Origin: an uncultured bacterium
Lineage (GTDB): Bacteria; Patescibacteriota; Microgenomatia; UBA1400; MFAQ01
Length of the DNA: 35,467 nt
Assembly: GCA_963980225.1 (NCBI GenBank)
Contig: CAXBYW010000006.1
Location: forward strand, 1 to 35,467
Direction of reading: 5' to 3'
This document shows positions 17,329 through 28,100 of the stretch, piece after piece (the first letter of the stretch is position 1; every line of letters begins with the position of its first letter). A program made the position numbers and the translations under genes. The notes beneath the pieces are model-generated. The model did not search any database, was not told where the DNA came from, and was given only the letters and a program-made list of their open reading frames with translations.

Positions 17329-18525
17329 ATGATCCCAAAGCTCCTAATTATTCTCTTCAGCCTATTTTTTAAGTTTTTAAACACACCTGAACCACAAAGC
17401 GCCATCATTCTACTTCAAAACAACCACGAACTAAGAGCTACTGGTGGTTTTATGGGTTCCTACGCCAAAATAGAACAGGGTCCAACTATCTCCATTCAAG
17501 ACATATACGTCCCTGACGGCCAACTTCCAGGCCACGTTGAACCACCACTAGCCATTCAACAGGCTTTTAGTCAGGGTTGGTATAAGTTGCGAGACGCAAA
17601 CTGGGAACCAAACTTCCCTACCAGTGCTCAAACCATTCGCTGGTTCCTAGAAAAAGGCAAGGAAATAAATCCAGACGTCCTCATAACCATAAACCTTTCT
17701 ACCATAGAAAACATCCTTTCTATCACCGGACCAATAGGCATAGATTCTTTAGGTCTTACTCTAGAGCCGGACAATATCTCCCTCATTCTACAAAACCAGA
17801 TTAAACAGAATTTTTTTCCAGGCTCTACCAACAAAAAGGACCTTTTAACCAGCCTTAGTCAGTCATTAACCAACAAACTTTCCTCTCTTAACACACGCCA
17901 AAAACTAAAGGTCGCTCACCTACTTTACCAAGATCTAAAAAATCAAGACATATTAATAAACTCTCAAGACCCCAAACTTCAAACATTTCTAGAAAAAAGA
18001 AACTGGGCTGGCCAACTTACCAAAACCACCTGCAAAAAATGTCTCTCTGACACCATCGCTATCATAGAATCAAACCTAGGTTCCAATAAGGCCAATGCCT
18101 TCATCACCCGCCATACCACCCACACTATTCTTAAAAATGCAGCCATCACTCATCAAATCACCATAGACTATAAAAATACTTCACCATCAGAAGACCCAGA
18201 TCCCCCATACCACCATGGCGGTAACTACATAAACTATCTGCGATTCTTTATTCCTACTTCAGCTACTAACATCCAAGCATCTAAAGACTTCTCTTTAAAC
18301 ACAAAATATGGTTTTCAAGAACTTGCTTTCTTTCACACCACTCCTCATCAATCCACCTCATCCGTGAACATCTCATACGAAATTCCAGTCACCAACCAAA
18401 AAACATACCAACTCTCAATCCTTAAACAATCAGGTATAGGTGAATCTCCTCAAACAATAAACCTATTCAATAAAAGCCAGGAGATCAACCTCACTCAAGA
18501 TATAACTTACTCTACCCCTCTTTAA
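17329..18525 (+). CDS. DUF4012-family protein
   Basis: LLQNNHELRATGGFMGSY, RDANWEPNFP, NLGSNKAN, KQSG. Confidence 0.85.
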   Translation: MIPKLLIILFSLFFKFLNTPEPQSAIILLQNNHELRATGGFMGSYAKIEQGPTISIQDIYVPDGQLPGHVEPPLAIQQAFSQGWYKLRDANWEPNFPTSAQTIRWFLEKGKEINPDVLITINLSTIENILSITGPIGIDSLGLTLEPDNISLILQNQIKQNFFPGSTNKKDLLTSLSQSLTNKLSSLNTRQKLKVAHLLYQDLKNQDILINSQDPKLQTFLEKRNWAGQLTKTTCKKCLSDTIAIIESNLGSNKANAFITRHTTHTILKNAAITHQITIDYKNTSPSEDPDPPYHHGGNYINYLRFFIPTSATNIQASKDFSLNTKYGFQELAFFHTTPHQSTSSVNISYEIPVTNQKTYQLSILKQSGIGESPQTINLFNKSQEINLTQDITYSTPL

Positions 18526-19723
18526 GAGAAGCTAAAAACTCTTTATTCGTCTTTGTCTTCTTTAGTCTGTCCAGAATCAATCCCATTACCTGATCTCTGT
18601 CGCTGATCTTACTCATCATATTACGCATCAACACAATACTTTGATACTCACTACTGTTAAACAACAGGTCATCTCGTCTTGTACTGGATCTCAAAATATC
18701 TACAGCTGGATATATTCTTCTCTCTGCCAATTTTCTATCAAGTACCAACTCCATGTTACCGGTACCTTTAAATTCCTCATAAACCAGGTCGTCCATCCTA
18801 GAACCAGTATCTACTAAGGCTGTACCAATAATAGTTAAACTACCTTTTTCTTCAAAATTTCTAGCAGCACCAAAGAATCGTTTAGGTGGGTACAAAGCCG
18901 CTGGGTCAAATCCACCACTCAAAGTTCTTCCTGAAGTAGGCATAGCCAAATTATATGCCCTAGCTAAACGAGTAATCGAATCAAGTAAAATAACAACATC
19001 CTTACCTTGTTCCACCAAACGTTTGGCTCTCTCCAAAGCTATCTCAGCCACTCGAGTCTGATCTTCTGCTTTTTCATCAAAGTTGCTAGCCAAAGTTTCT
19101 CCAGTCATTTTTGAGTCTTTAGTTACCTTCTCTATATGCCTAGTAATATCAGTTACCTCTTCTGGGCGTTCTCCGACCAATACAGCCATTAAATGAATTT
19201 CTGGATGATTCTTGGCCACACCAGTAGCAATTTCTTTTAATATGGTCGTCTTTCCGGCCTTAGGGGGGGAAACAATCAAACCTCTCTGTCCCATACCAAT
19301 TGGAGCCATCAGGTCAATTATCCTATTAGATAAAACGTCTTTTCCTATCTCTAAGGTAATTTTCTTATCAGGAAATACCGGGGTTCCCTTATCAAACTTA
19401 GGTCTATTACCCAGTTTTCCAGGTAAAACACCATTAATCTTTTCTACTTTATTCAAACTCCAGTAACCAGTCTGGCCTCCTGGCCTCTGGGCAATTCCAG
19501 TTACCATATCTCCTGCTCTTAATAGATTATTTCTCACTATCATGCTCCCAACCATGACATCATCTTCACCAGGCTTCAAGTTCACTCTAAGCATGCCTCT
19601 ACCATCTCGAAACGCTAGATCCAAGACACCAGAAACCTCCTGTTCCTCCATGTTGCTAGGTCTATTAAAACCTGGAGTAGGTTTTCCTACTCGCGCACCC
19701 GCGATCATTTTACCGTTGTTCAT
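18512..19723 (-). CDS. rho: Transcription termination factor Rho
   Basis: [36 protein letters not shown]. Confidence 0.98.
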   Translation of the reverse strand: MNNGKMIAGARVGKPTPGFNRPSNMEEQEVSGVLDLAFRDGRGMLRVNLKPGEDDVMVGSMIVRNNLLRAGDMVTGIAQRPGGQTGYWSLNKVEKINGVLPGKLGNRPKFDKGTPVFPDKKITLEIGKDVLSNRIIDLMAPIGMGQRGLIVSPPKAGKTTILKEIATGVAKNHPEIHLMAVLVGERPEEVTDITRHIEKVTKDSKMTGETLASNFDEKAEDQTRVAEIALERAKRLVEQGKDVVILLDSITRLARAYNLAMPTSGRTLSGGFDPAALYPPKRFFGAARNFEEKGSLTIIGTALVDTGSRMDDLVYEEFKGTGNMELVLDRKLAERRIYPAVDILRSSTRRDDLLFNSSEYQSIVLMRNMMSKISDRDQVMGLILDRLKKTKTNKEFLASLKEG

Positions 19724-19797
19724 ATATTCTTTGAAAAAACAAATAATTTCTAAAACACAAACTCATTAAGAAATACTATTAAAAAATCTCTAATCTA

Positions 19798-19827
19798 AAG
19801 ATATCAATCATTTATGGTCTTTGTCAA
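19798..19827 (-). promoter_or_regulatory. Proximal rho promoter
   Basis: TTGACA-N18-TATCTT with a TG extension. Confidence 0.55.
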
Positions 19828-19833
19828 GAATCA

Positions 19834-19929
19834 AAAAGTTAATTAAGGGTGGAGCGCGTAGGACCTACAAATACAGTGCTTTTTTTCTTGCGCTGCCAGC
19901 CAAACCCATTCCACCTTTAATTAACTCTT
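19834..19929. ncRNA. Long hairpin element upstream of rho
   Basis: About 21-bp stem AAAAGTTAATTAAGGGTGGAG/TTCCACCTTTAATTAACTCTT enclosing a ~54-nt loop. Confidence 0.5.
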
Positions 19930-19952
19930 GTCAAAATATCAAACTAATGGTT

Positions 19953-19981
19953 ACTATATCACTTAAGCCTATATTTGTCAA
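19953..19981 (-). promoter_or_regulatory. Near-consensus promoter firing into the hairpin element
   Basis: TTGACA-N17-TATAGT with a TG extension. Confidence 0.75.
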
Positions 19982-20082
19982 TAGTTTTACTACAAGTCGT
20001 CTTTTCTATATCTTACTATAGACTTTCATATCCTCACCACAAATTCTATTTTACCCAAGATTCGTCCGCTATAATTAAAACA

Positions 20083-20697
20083 ATGAAACGTCCATATCTA
20101 GTACTAGGTTCCATTTTATGGTTATCAGCCCTCGCCTTTACCTTTCTCCCCTCCTGGCCACACATATACTACAGACTATCCCCACAAACCCCCGAAGTAC
20201 TGGCTCAAACCCTCTCTCAAACCCAAGATGCACCCTCCGATAGACCAACTTCCGATACAAAAGCAGAATCACCTCTTCCTCCTGTTGACCTATCTCTACC
20301 TAAAGAAAACGGTCTCATTATAGAAAGCATTGGAGTCAGAGGAGAAATTCATCAAGGAGATGACTGGGAAGAAATACTTAAAACAGGCATCTGGCAAGTA
20401 CCCAATTTTGGCTCCCCTAAAGAAAACGATCAACCAATTATCCTAGCTGCCCATCGTTGGGGCTACTTAGACTGGACCAGCCAATTTAGGCACCTAAACT
20501 CCTTTTACAACCTACCTACACTAAGTATTGAGGATAAAATCATAATAAACTGGAATCAGCGTCAGTACATATACGAAGTGTATGAAGAAGAAGTAGGTGA
20601 AAAGATCACCAACTACTCTGCCGATCTCATTCTATATACTTGCCAACTTTGGAACTCACCCATCCGCATAATCAAATATGCCAAAAGAATAAACTAA
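20083..20697 (+). CDS. Sortase (start reassigned to 20083)
   Basis: N-terminal TM, LAAHR His, LILYTC Cys, downstream IR Arg; TATAAT 7 nt before the ATG. Confidence 0.9.
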   Translation: MKRPYLVLGSILWLSALAFTFLPSWPHIYYRLSPQTPEVLAQTLSQTQDAPSDRPTSDTKAESPLPPVDLSLPKENGLIIESIGVRGEIHQGDDWEEILKTGIWQVPNFGSPKENDQPIILAAHRWGYLDWTSQFRHLNSFYNLPTLSIEDKIIINWNQRQYIYEVYEEEVGEKITNYSADLILYTCQLWNSPIRIIKYAKRIN

Positions 20698-21824
20698 GCT
20701 TTTTTCTTTATCCGTCCTTTTATAGCCATACTCCCAAACAATCTCCGCCAGTCTTCAGGACTACTTGTAGCATCAACTGACATTCCATTTAAACTCCAGT
20801 GCCACTTACGATTCTCATCTATCATACTACTCACCTCTGGAATAACTCTCATTAAATCTTTTACATTAACTTCTTTAGACATGGCACCCCCATTTTCAAC
20901 CTTAACTACCAACTTCCCATCAACTTCCTTGACCTTAAAACTAGGCTTACCGGATCGCATCTCCATTAAACCAATCGCTCTAGCCACCTCTTTTCTTGTC
21001 TTGTTTCTTTTACTTCCTCCACCCAACATGTCCAAATTCACCGCTACTTTATACTTTACCTCTTTTTTAGCTTCCACAACAGGTTGTTTATTCTTCTCTT
21101 TGTCCCAAGGACCTGTTAACTCAACCTTAATTTTAGGTCTTCTTACTTCATCGATTACCAGTCTATTTATCAACTTCTGCCACATTGATTGAGTAGCACT
21201 TCTATTCACACTAGCAAATTCACCCTCTTTAATAGTAACCTCAGTCTCAGGAGTACGCTTCCTACCTACATTCAGAACCTTAGTCAACATCCAAACAGGA
21301 AATTTGTATTGTTTTCCATCTCTGTCAGTTTCTACCCACAACTTACCATTCTTATCAGCATTCATCTCCACCACAAAGTCGGCATCAGGTAACTTATTAT
21401 CCTTCCAGTTACTAATAAAGGCATTAACTGCCTCTTGACGCTTTCTGCTCCTTATTTCTCTGTATCTAGTAGGTTTCACATCAATCAAACCATCACCGCT
21501 CCAATCATCAAGTTTCGTGTCTTTTTCCGGTCCGTCAACCACTCCACCACTCATGTCACCAGTGCCATACACCAAGTTAGTTACCGCTCCATCTAAACCT
21601 CTAGATGTCGTAATACCTCCACCAGCACCAGCCTCAAACCAGGCTCCTTTTTCCACTTCTGGGTCTCGTACATCCAAGGCCAACTTCTCCCCCTTCGAAC
21701 CCTTAACCACACTAGCTTTTTCTCCAGAAACTGGTTTCCTATATCTCGTGCCTTCTGGTCCTAAAACATTACCCATCTCACTTCTATGCTGCCTCTCAAG
21801 ATCTTTTAATCCTCCATCGCTCAT
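20694..21824 (-). CDS. Hypothetical protein with a probable internal domain duplication
   Basis: 376 aa ORF with strand-typical composition; TG-A-TATAGT 6 nt before the ATG. Confidence 0.8.
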   Translation of the reverse strand: MSDGGLKDLERQHRSEMGNVLGPEGTRYRKPVSGEKASVVKGSKGEKLALDVRDPEVEKGAWFEAGAGGGITTSRGLDGAVTNLVYGTGDMSGGVVDGPEKDTKLDDWSGDGLIDVKPTRYREIRSRKRQEAVNAFISNWKDNKLPDADFVVEMNADKNGKLWVETDRDGKQYKFPVWMLTKVLNVGRKRTPETEVTIKEGEFASVNRSATQSMWQKLINRLVIDEVRRPKIKVELTGPWDKEKNKQPVVEAKKEVKYKVAVNLDMLGGGSKRNKTRKEVARAIGLMEMRSGKPSFKVKEVDGKLVVKVENGGAMSKEVNVKDLMRVIPEVSSMIDENRKWHWSLNGMSVDATSSPEDWRRLFGSMAIKGRIKKKA

Positions 21825-21921
21825 ACATTCACTATATCAGTAATAAATCAACAAACTCAAGCAACATACCATCTCACCCTATAACTTGACTTCTTCTACC
21901 TCAACTGGTACAATTCCCAAC

Positions 21922-22359
21922 ATGAAACAAAATATCCTTAGGTTCTTACCCCTATTTATTATCTTCTTCTCTGTTGTCGGAGTACTTTCTTGGTACGCCA
22001 CCAACAAAAAAGACGCAAAAGAAATAAAACCTGAAGTAGTTAATCCTTCTAGCCTAGGCTCAAGTGACATAAATACCTCTCCCACTCCTTCATCCTTCTT
22101 TTTTTCCGACGAACCAGCCACGATTCCCGAAACCACTCCTTCTGACCAGGAAGAAGCCGACCCAGCCGTCACCACCAACACTGCTATTTCTACCACCACT
22201 AGAAAAACTACCATCTGCACACCTGTATATGGAATGGCCGACTCTTGTACTGAACATATAGTAGTAGACACTGGTGCAGAAAGTGCCGTAGCCTACTCAC
22301 TTTCCGCCTTATCACACCTTGGTGGACTTATCGCTTTTGTAAAATCTAAAAAGGCTTAA
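21922..22359 (+). CDS. Small exported Ser/Thr/Pro-rich protein with a sortase-like C-terminal sorting signal
   Basis: N-terminal hydrophobic segment; VVDTG + hydrophobic stretch + KSKKA; TACAAT 7 nt before ATG 21922. Confidence 0.8.
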   Translation: MKQNILRFLPLFIIFFSVVGVLSWYATNKKDAKEIKPEVVNPSSLGSSDINTSPTPSSFFFSDEPATIPETTPSDQEEADPAVTTNTAISTTTRKTTICTPVYGMADSCTEHIVVDTGAESAVAYSLSALSHLGGLIAFVKSKKA

Positions 22360-22375
22360 CTTAAGGCCCCCAAAC

Positions 22376-22404
22376 TTGACTTTTTCACTTATATAGGGTA
22401 TAAT
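22376..22404 (+). promoter_or_regulatory. Near-consensus sigma70 promoter
   Basis: TTGACT-N17-TATAAT. Confidence 0.8.
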
Positions 22405-22434
22405 AACCCCTGTTGCACATTCACAAGATACCGG

Positions 22435-22559
22435 AAGAGTACCACACAGTGTGGACCAGAAATCTATTGCTAATTTAAGAGTTTTTCAACTTTAATTTAT
22501 TTACATAACCAGAAATTAGTACATTAAGAACCCTCTAGTTCCCACTCTGTGGTACTTTT
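22435..22559 (+). ncRNA. Structured 5' leader or small RNA (rod-like hairpin)
   Basis: AAGAGTACCACACAGTG/CACTCTGTGGTACTTTT closing stem, inner TGCTAATTT/AAATTAGTA stem. Confidence 0.5.
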
Positions 22560-22610
22560 AAATCACAAAAAAATCAAAATCAATCTTTTGCCCATAGGAG
22601 GTAAAAAATC

Positions 22611-23228
22611 ATGACTATTGATAGACCAAACGAAAGAAGAAGATGGCCATATGTCCTGGCTGCACTATTCATTGTTGCATTAATCCTTTGTGCGTTTTTC
22701 TACTGGCCAGGTTGGTTCAAATCTGAGCCCGTCATTGGGTGTACCTCACCTCAGTGGACAACTCCAGCCGGAGATCTCGAAGTTTTTAACGACAAAGAGA
22801 TATCCCCCGACAACATCTGGTTATGCAAATTTGCATCACCAACTGGCCCGTTTGATTGGGAGCGTAACGACATCACAACCGAAACTGGTACATGTTTCAC
22901 TTGCAACGAAGGACCCACTCTATGTGATACTTGTCAAGAAATCACCACAAAAGAATGGGAAGGCGATAATTTTGGCCCTGAAATGGCTCTACCAAACCAA
23001 ATTAATAACGCATACGGCGCTATCGCCGAAATTTGGGATGGAGGAGATTACTGTGCCTTAGTTGCCATATTACCTGGTGAAACTCTCGACAACCCCATTT
23101 ATCGGGGCGCCTACTGGGAAGCAACTACCGCCAACGCAGTTATGGATCGATTCAATCACCATAGGCAGGAATACCTGACAAACAACAACAACTGTCATGT
23201 TTTAGAATCTGCCGCCCTCGTTCCTTAG
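22611..23228 (+). CDS. Hypothetical membrane-anchored Cys-rich protein
   Basis: AGGAGG SD, RRRW followed by a TM segment, CFTC and CDTC motifs. Confidence 0.85.
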   Translation: MTIDRPNERRRWPYVLAALFIVALILCAFFYWPGWFKSEPVIGCTSPQWTTPAGDLEVFNDKEISPDNIWLCKFASPTGPFDWERNDITTETGTCFTCNEGPTLCDTCQEITTKEWEGDNFGPEMALPNQINNAYGAIAEIWDGGDYCALVAILPGETLDNPIYRGAYWEATTANAVMDRFNHHRQEYLTNNNNCHVLESAALVP

Positions 23229-23254
23229 TTCTGCAACCCCTTATCCGGTATCAA

Positions 23255-23310
23255 CCTTGACCAATTCTTTCCTCACAATTTCCGTGAGATGTTTAAAGAA
23301 TTGGTCGAGG
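23255..23310 (+). terminator. Long 3' hairpin (terminator or processing structure)
   Basis: 16-bp stem CCTTGACCAATTCTTT/AAAGAATTGGTCGAGG with one plus-strand G-U; inner CTCAC/GTGAG hairpin. Confidence 0.55.
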
Positions 23311-23363
23311 GTAGTTTTAAGTAATTAAAAATTGATTCCTTAAAAATACCTCCATACTTTAAC

Positions 23364-23687
23364 AAGACACAGTTAGTCAATGCCCCTTAAGGAGGTGGCA
23401 AGATGAAACTTACATTCGGAAGAATCGTGCTTGGTATTGGTATTATCGTGGGGATTATAGCCACAATGTTCGAAAATCCTCACACAGCAGTAGCCCACCC
23501 CCTACAGGGTAATTTCCTCATCATAAGTCTTTCCTTGATCATTGTTGGCGGAGCCATATTCTTCATCGAAAACTTTGTTGCTAATACAAAAAAGAGAAAA
23601 GAATAATCCTTAATACTCAGGGCACTTATCCACCAGTTTTATGGTGCCCTGAGGTTTCAACCTTTTTCAACTTTCTAACTGTGTCTT
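23364..23687 (+). repeat. 13-bp perfect inverted repeat bracketing the small ORF
   Basis: AAGACACAGTTAG (23364-23376) / CTAACTGTGTCTT (23675-23687); internal hairpin CTCAGGGCAC/GTGCCCTGAG (23616-23653). Confidence 0.8.
23403..23606 (+). CDS. Small 2-TM membrane protein (67 aa)
   Basis: AAGGAGGT SD, two hydrophobic helices, basic tail KKRKE. Confidence 0.8.
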   Translation: MKLTFGRIVLGIGIIVGIIATMFENPHTAVAHPLQGNFLIISLSLIIVGGAIFFIENFVANTKKRKE

Positions 23688-23704
23688 TATTTTTTTAAAC
23701 AAAA

Positions 23705-24604
23705 ATGAAAAACAAACAACCACTCATATCCATCGTTATGCCGGTTTACAATGCCGGAGATTTCCTGCATCAAACCATAAAAAGCATTCTAAACCAAACC
23801 CACCAAAACTGGGAACTAATCGCCATAGACGACCATTCCAAAGACAACTCTCTGGAGATCCTAAAAAACTATGCTAAAAAAGATAAGCGTATAAAAATAC
23901 TTACCCAAAAAAGAAACCTTGGTGTTAGCTCCACTACCAACAAAGGTATTAAGCATGCCAAATCTACCTGGATTGCCCGCATGGATGCTGATGACATCAT
24001 GCACAAAAATCGCTTAAAGATCCAACTAAAAACTCTACAATCTCACCCGTCAGTCGTAGTCATAGGTTCCCAGTGTAAGCTTATCGACCAACAGGGTAAA
24101 AGAATTGGTGTCAAGAACTTCCCTACCTGTCCTCAAGACATCCACAACATGCTCTTTTGGGCCTGTCCCGTTCAGCAACCATCCATCATGGTTAACGCCA
24201 GCAAACTACCCAAAAACTTCATCTGGTACAACCCAAAAACCAAGACTGGAGAGGAAATAAACTTCCTTTTACGTATCAGTAAATTCGGGTCCATAGTCAA
24301 CTCCAAACAAACTCTTTTAGAGTACCGTCTTCATGATAACAACCTGTCCTTAAATCAAAACCAAAAAAAGGTTTTCTACAACCTTTTCAAAACTCGCTTA
24401 AGAGCTATTTTTTCCGGTCAGTACCAACCATCACTAGCCAGCCTTATCCTTGGTTTATCAGAATTGGTCATAGTAACCTTACTCCCTCAAAGAGCCATTG
24501 CTCCTGCCTTTCATTTCATTAGAGGAATGCGCAATCTAAAAATAAGACTTAATCTATTCCCCAACTTCCCTAACTTGCAAACCATCCACCTAACCACCAA
24601 CTAA
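23705..24604 (+). CDS. Glycosyltransferase family 2
   Basis: ISIVMPVYN, IDDHSKD, ARMDADD. Confidence 0.95.
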   Translation: MKNKQPLISIVMPVYNAGDFLHQTIKSILNQTHQNWELIAIDDHSKDNSLEILKNYAKKDKRIKILTQKRNLGVSSTTNKGIKHAKSTWIARMDADDIMHKNRLKIQLKTLQSHPSVVVIGSQCKLIDQQGKRIGVKNFPTCPQDIHNMLFWACPVQQPSIMVNASKLPKNFIWYNPKTKTGEEINFLLRISKFGSIVNSKQTLLEYRLHDNNLSLNQNQKKVFYNLFKTRLRAIFSGQYQPSLASLILGLSELVIVTLLPQRAIAPAFHFIRGMRNLKIRLNLFPNFPNLQTIHLTTN

Positions 24605-25113
24605 TCCCTGTTCAAAAATTTATCTAACGCTTTTTCTCCATGTTGAGCTATAAAAAGCTGTTGATACATATCCTTCCACCTATCTCTTGCTACCTTACTT
24701 TCTCTTACAAACCAGTCCACCTTACCTTTAGAATCATCTCGTCTTTCTTGCGACCTAATCTCCGCTATCCCAACCGGACGTCCATTTTTAGATCCATCCC
24801 CTTCAATTAGTTTGATTAGGTAAAACACTCCCTCACCATTAGCATTAGACGGCTCATCTCTCATATATATCACCACGTCATCTCCATATCTCTTCCTAGC
24901 AAACTTAACCATATCAGCCGGTACTTTATGTTCTTTTGAAACTGCCAGCTCACCTGGCATGGCTCTGGTTTTTCGGTCATCTTTCTCCCCACCCGGCAAC
25001 CGCCTTACTTCCGGCACAGGATTCAAAACCAAAAGTTCAGGAGACATATCAAGCAGCCATCTACCTATCCACTTTTTTGCTGATTCAATCTCGATTTTTT
25101 CTTCATCATTCAT
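24601..25113 (-). CDS. Hypothetical protein (probable start 25113)
   Basis: ~170 aa ORF filling the gap; the ATG at 25125 overlaps a TATAAT box. Confidence 0.7.
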   Translation of the reverse strand: MNDEEKIEIESAKKWIGRWLLDMSPELLVLNPVPEVRRLPGGEKDDRKTRAMPGELAVSKEHKVPADMVKFARKRYGDDVVIYMRDEPSNANGEGVFYLIKLIEGDGSKNGRPVGIAEIRSQERRDDSKGKVDWFVRESKVARDRWKDMYQQLFIAQHGEKALDKFLNRD

Positions 25114-25185
25114 ACTAAACCACATTATACTAGCTTTGACCCACCCACAGGACCTTAAACACCTCTCCTCTGTTAAACTAGAATC

Positions 25186-28100
25186 ATGTCCAACAAGCTT
25201 TCTTTTAAGAAATTCAAGCGCAAGAAGCTTCTCTCTAAGTTACGATCCAAAGCCGCAAATCTCTGGGCCCCTCTTATCCTCATTTCCATCTCCTTAATCC
25301 TAGCCTTTCTAAACTACCAACCCGACACTTGGTTAACTGGTTGGGACAATCTTCATCCAGAATTCTTCTTTAAATTAAACATCAAGCGTTCCCTCTTTGC
25401 TGTCTGGCAAGAGTACCAAGGCCTAGGACTCCTGGGTGGCATGGCTCATGCCGCCGACCTACCTCGCCAACTCATCCTTTACTCCCTTAATCTAATCGGT
25501 ATCCCCACCCAAAACCTGCGCTATCTATGGACCTTTGCCATGCTTATCCTTGGCCCCTTAGGAGTCTATTTCTTCATCAAGGATCACCTTTTAAAACAAA
25601 GAGGTATCAAGTTACCCTTCGACAGAAACACCAAAACATTCGCCGCCCTTCTAGGTGGTCTTTTTTATCTTTTAAATCTCTCTACCGTACAAAACTTCTT
25701 CGTTCCTTTCGAAACCTTTACCTCCTTCTATGGATTCTTTCCTTGGCTTTTACTAGTCACCATTACCTATCTTAAACAACCAACTAAACGTAACTACCTT
25801 CATCTTGTCCTTACCTATCTTTTAGCTGCCCCAGCCTTTTATGTAGAAACTCTTTTCATCGTTCTCTTCCTATGTCTTATCCCCTTTATCAAGAAAAACA
25901 AAAAAACATTCACCACCTTTATCACCATCCTTATCACCCAAGCTTACTGGCTTTTACCAGTAATCTTCTTTGTCCTAACCAACGGACATATCGGTCAAGA
26001 AGCAAAAATAAACTTGATCTCCACCCCAGAGACCTATCTTAGAAATCTAGAATTTGCCAACATTAAAAGTCTCAGTTTACTAAAAGGCTACCTACTAAAT
26101 TTTACTGACTTAGGGCCAGGTCAAAAATTCACCTATCTTTTCCTCCCCTGGCGTCAGCACTTAGAAAACCCACTTATCAATCTAATTGGCTACTTAAACT
26201 TTATTTTAATCCTAACCGGTATCTACTACGCCTTCAAAAGAAACTTAAAGCTTGCCCCTAAAATTCTCTCCATCACCATCATCTGTCTCTTCTTTTTACT
26301 AGGTGGAGGACTCTTAATTAACAACCAAATCCCTTTAATAGGTGAGCTTTTTCGCTCTCCCTTCACCAAATTCTCAACCCCCCTTGCCTTTACTTACTCT
26401 CTTTTCTTCAGCATTGGTTGTATCTTCATCCTAGATCTTTTTTCTTTTCTTGACACCAAGCTCACCTATATCTTCACTCTCTTTACCATTACTCTTTCTC
26501 TTCTCATCTTCACCTCTCCTGCTTTTTCCGGTCAGTTAATATCCTCCAACATGAGGCAGCAAATCCCAGTCGAATACTTTGAAACCTTTGAATTCTTTAA
26601 AAACCAGGACCCCAACACCCGCATTGCCAACTTCCCTCAACATACCTTCTGGGGATGGAACTTCTACTCTTGGGGTTACCGCGGTTCTGGCTTTCTATGG
26701 TACGGTATCAAACAACCAATCTTAGACAGAGCCTTCGATGTCTGGGAAACAAAAAACCAAGACTACTACCAAGAAATAAACGCCGCTCTTTACTCAGCAG
26801 ACCAAAAAAAGTTTGAAAACATAGTAGAAAAATACGCCATCAACTGGATATTAATAGACAAATTTGTTATCTCTCCTCAGGAAAATCAAGACCTGAAGAA
26901 CCAAGACCTAGTGAACATGTTAAACGCTTCAGACAACTTTAAACTAGAAAAAAACATAAACAATAATATATTGATATATAAATCCAACACAGACAAACGA
27001 GTAGACAACTTCCTCTCTATCACCCCCAATAAAAATACCCCAAGCTTACCCAAAAAAGACTCTTCTATATACTTCCCTTCTTACACAGAAACAGAAAACA
27101 TCGTTCCAGTAGAAATATCCTACAAAAAACTCCCCAGCCAAATCCTACTAAAACTTTCTCCCCTACTTCCTTCTGCCAACTCCATTACCCCAGAATCAAC
27201 CCCAAACTACGTTTACTTGAATTTACCTTCATTTCAATCTAGTTTAATTTTAGAAATAGACAACCAGTATTTCGAGTTGGTACTCCCCGGTGAACTAATA
27301 AATCAACCTGAATTCTATCCCCTAAACACCGTCTATCTTCCCACTAAAGAAACCATTAAAGTGAATGTTTACACTAATTCACCCACCCAAGTAGTCAACG
27401 TCACCAGCGCCCTAAAAGACGCCACACCCTACCAATGTTATACAAACAAAAAAGATCGTGATATAGAGAAAATTACTTTTTCAAACTCCATTTCACTCCT
27501 AGGAACAGACGTGGTCGGATGCCTATCTCTACCTCTACCATCCTTTAACCCACCCGGCCTTATCTCCACTCAATACACTTACTTTTCATCAACCTCAACT
27601 CCAGCTAATAGCAACATCACCACCAAAAACTTCGCCTTCTCCACCACCCCTCCCCAAGCTCTCTCTCCCCAAATACTTCCTTTCACTACCCGTCAATTTT
27701 CTCCCCTCACCCTAGAAAAACAACAACTAAATTTAATTCTAGAAGCTAACAACACCAACTCCATCCAGGAAATTACCTTTTCAAACATCGTCACCAACTT
27801 CCATCCTTTACTGGCAACAACCACTCTTACCCTAAATCACATTCCCTCATCTTCAGTTCCCCTAAAAGAAGCCCCATCAGAAGAATTATCTTTTTCCTTT
27901 CCCACCATCAACTCACCTCTAAACATCACCCAAACCCCAGGAAAAAACCAACTTCTTCCACAAGCCATAAACTGTAATCAGTTCCGTACTGGTAACTCTC
28001 TTAAAACTATTACCGATCAAACCATTAACTACTTCGCTCAAGACGCCACCACTTGTGACTCTTTAGATTTAAGACACCTTCCTCACTCCACCAACTACCT

